Shown piece after piece: positions 62,056 through 64,000 of a stretch of DNA of 64,000 nucleotides. Under the pieces are notes generated by a model. That model was not told where the DNA came from. It searched no databases and saw only the letters and a list, made by a program, of their open reading frames with translations. Each line of letters begins with the position of its first letter. Within the stretch, counting starts at the first letter, position 1. A program made the position numbers and the translations under genes. This DNA comes from Gracilinanus agilis (Eukaryota), in the NCBI RefSeq assembly GCF_016433145.1, contig NC_058131.1, positions 86,449,756 to 86,513,755 on the forward strand. Direction: 5' to 3'.

Positions 62056-62290
62056 AGGTAGGTGGTTCAGTAAATAGAGAACCAGGTGTGGCAAAGGAGG
62101 TCCTGGGTTCATATCTGACCTCAGACACTTCCTAGAAAGTTACTTACCCTCCATTGCCTAGACCTTACTGCTCTTCTGCATTGCAATGGTTATTTAGTTT
62201 TGATACTAAGACAGCAGGGAAGGGTTTAAAAATAAACAAACAAACAAATAAACAAATTTAAAATAACATAAAAAATAAACAAAAAAAAAA
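62056..62290 (+). mobile_element. SINE1-type SINE with (AAAC)n tail; its 5' end appears split by the MITE
   Basis: aggtaggtggttcagt..ggaggtcctgggttc..tcagacacttcctag..ccattgcctagacctta..gggaagggtttaaaaataaacaaac. Confidence 0.8.
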
Positions 62291-63296
62291 TAAACAAAAC
62301 TTGACGTGTAGCTGGGAAATTTTTTCCAAAGTACTTTTCTCCAAGAAGCTGCAGAAAATCTTCATGTCTTCTGGGTTTAAACTGGCCTGGCCTATTCCCA
62401 AGTGGGGCAGAGTTTACCTAAGAAATTGTGGAATTTAAACAAGCTACTCCTCAAACACACATAGACAAAATGCCTTAACATTTTAATTCATTCAGAAACA
62501 AACAGGCTGAACCATGCAAATCTGAACTTCATAATAATCTCTAAAAGATTTTGTTTCTCTTTTGATCATTTTTACATGAATTCAGGAGAAAGTTGTATGA
62601 CTGTAAATCTTTTTTTTTGGATAAAGGATGCAGAAAGAAAGTCTCCTCTTTTGATTTTTAATCTGGCTTTCTGACATCTCTTGAAAGAAACCTTTTTAAC
62701 TGCTGTATGAACTAACCACTGCATATTAATTAATGACAGATATTCATCTTTGACACATTTAATCCTGATCTAACATTAACAGGGCTTCCCATTGTTGGGT
62801 ATTTATAGTATCTCCCAACATAGCATAGCTATTTGAGATTATTATTAACTTGTTTAATAAGAAATGATGTCCATGTTCTTCAAATTGACATGAATACTTA
62901 TTTTTTTTAAATGAAGACAAAAGCTTATCTACAGATTTACTGAGTTGATTTTAAAATTAATTTTCTACCACTTAACTATACTTCATTTTCTGGGATAAAG
63001 CAAACACAACCTATTATAAATTCTCTATGTATACAAAGATCTTTTAAAAAATTCTATAAATCTTAAAAGTATTTCTTCCTGATTTGTTACAGTAGGATAG
63101 CTTTGCATTAATTTTTCTACTATAAAAAAAAAAAGCCTTCCAGGGATTGTGAGTTTATTCATTCACCAAGTTGCTCAAAAAAAAGGAATTCCTACAATTT
63201 CTATTATCTAATGAGGTAAGATCTGTAAAGTGCTTAAAGGAGGGCTTAGCACATAGTTTGACACTTCATAAATGCTTATTTCCTACCCACTCCTCC

Positions 63297-63850
63297 TCTG
63301 TTGTTGTTGTTCCTTTTTGAAGAGGATCAATGACTTCATAGGGTGATGTCATGACACACTCATGAATTAGATTTAAGTGAGGTAGAGTTGTATAAAGTCA
63401 TCATTCTCACTCTTTCTTCTAGAGTCATCCACATCTAGTAGCAAGATGAAAATCAGGTGTCTGGTCATGGCCAAGGATAGAGTAGATGCCTTTGGCATCT
63501 TTTATATCAAAGTTCTAAGCATGCCATGGTTCCTGGATTAGTCAACTTCATTGCCATTGGAACAAATCTTTCTTATCTGCCTGTTCTGCCAGATGAAGAC
63601 TTCACATACTTGGGGTAGCCATGCCTCTAATTCACTGATGGGTTTGAGGCCTGTCAATTATTCTTAAACTGGTTTCAGCCCATTTGCAGAGAGTTTTGGG
63701 AGGGTATGGCCATCCGTGGAGTATGCTTCCTCAGCTTCTTGGAGTCACAGGGGAGAGTTGGGTAAAAGGTGGACACTAAAGGAGGATGAGCAGCCCTGAA
63801 AGAGGGTTAGCAAGGTCTCATACCAGAGGTACTACTCCTCCAGGAACACA
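63297..63850 (-). mobile_element. Probable RTE-associated non-autonomous retroelement (marsupial RTESINE/WALLSI-like)
   Basis: (TTG)n terminus followed by gaagaggatcaatgac..gtgatgtcatgac..gatttaagtgagg, which resembles marsupial RTE-tail elements. Family assignment is uncertain. Confidence 0.45.
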
Positions 63851-64000
63851 TCACAAATAAATAAGATATGGACCTTAATCTCAAGGATCTTCTAGTCTAA
63901 TAAGAGGAGAATGCTCAATTGATCCTCTACTAAGCAATACATAAATTTTTTTAAAATTTTAATTAACAATTAACTATCTATTGAACATGAATTTAATAGT

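Noticed and set aside
1129-62290. tRNA-like A/B boxes in SINE heads, and recurring repeats that could mimic CRISPR arrays
   Set aside because: These are SINE-derived, not tRNA genes. The repeats are dispersed retroposons without regular spacers, in a mammalian genome.

Overview
AT-rich, repeat-dense mammalian genomic DNA with five assembly gaps. The SINE/LINE set (SINE1-type, MAR1-type, marsupial-style L1, hAT MITEs) points to a didelphid marsupial, probably Monodelphis; this is inferred from repeat recognition only. The window holds the 5' part of SLC8A1 (NCX1 Na+/Ca2+ exchanger) on the minus strand. The large first coding exon ('exon 2') spans 23365-21535 (1831 nt, ATG at 23330). A CpG-island promoter lies about 29 kb upstream (about 51.4-52.6 kb), and a second candidate tissue-specific promoter/first exon lies at about 53.0-53.2 kb. 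The rest is intron filled with transposon remnants and microsatellites. No other protein-coding gene, RNA gene or CRISPR array is supported, and I see no convincing wholly new system. The best leads are: a predicted 605-aa product of the exon-2 circular RNA with bracketing inverted SINEs; a candidate 61-nt cassette exon that would add an in-frame 15-aa N-terminal extension; an HNF1/GATA/TATA-like kidney-type promoter; and a hAT MITE nested inside a SINE.
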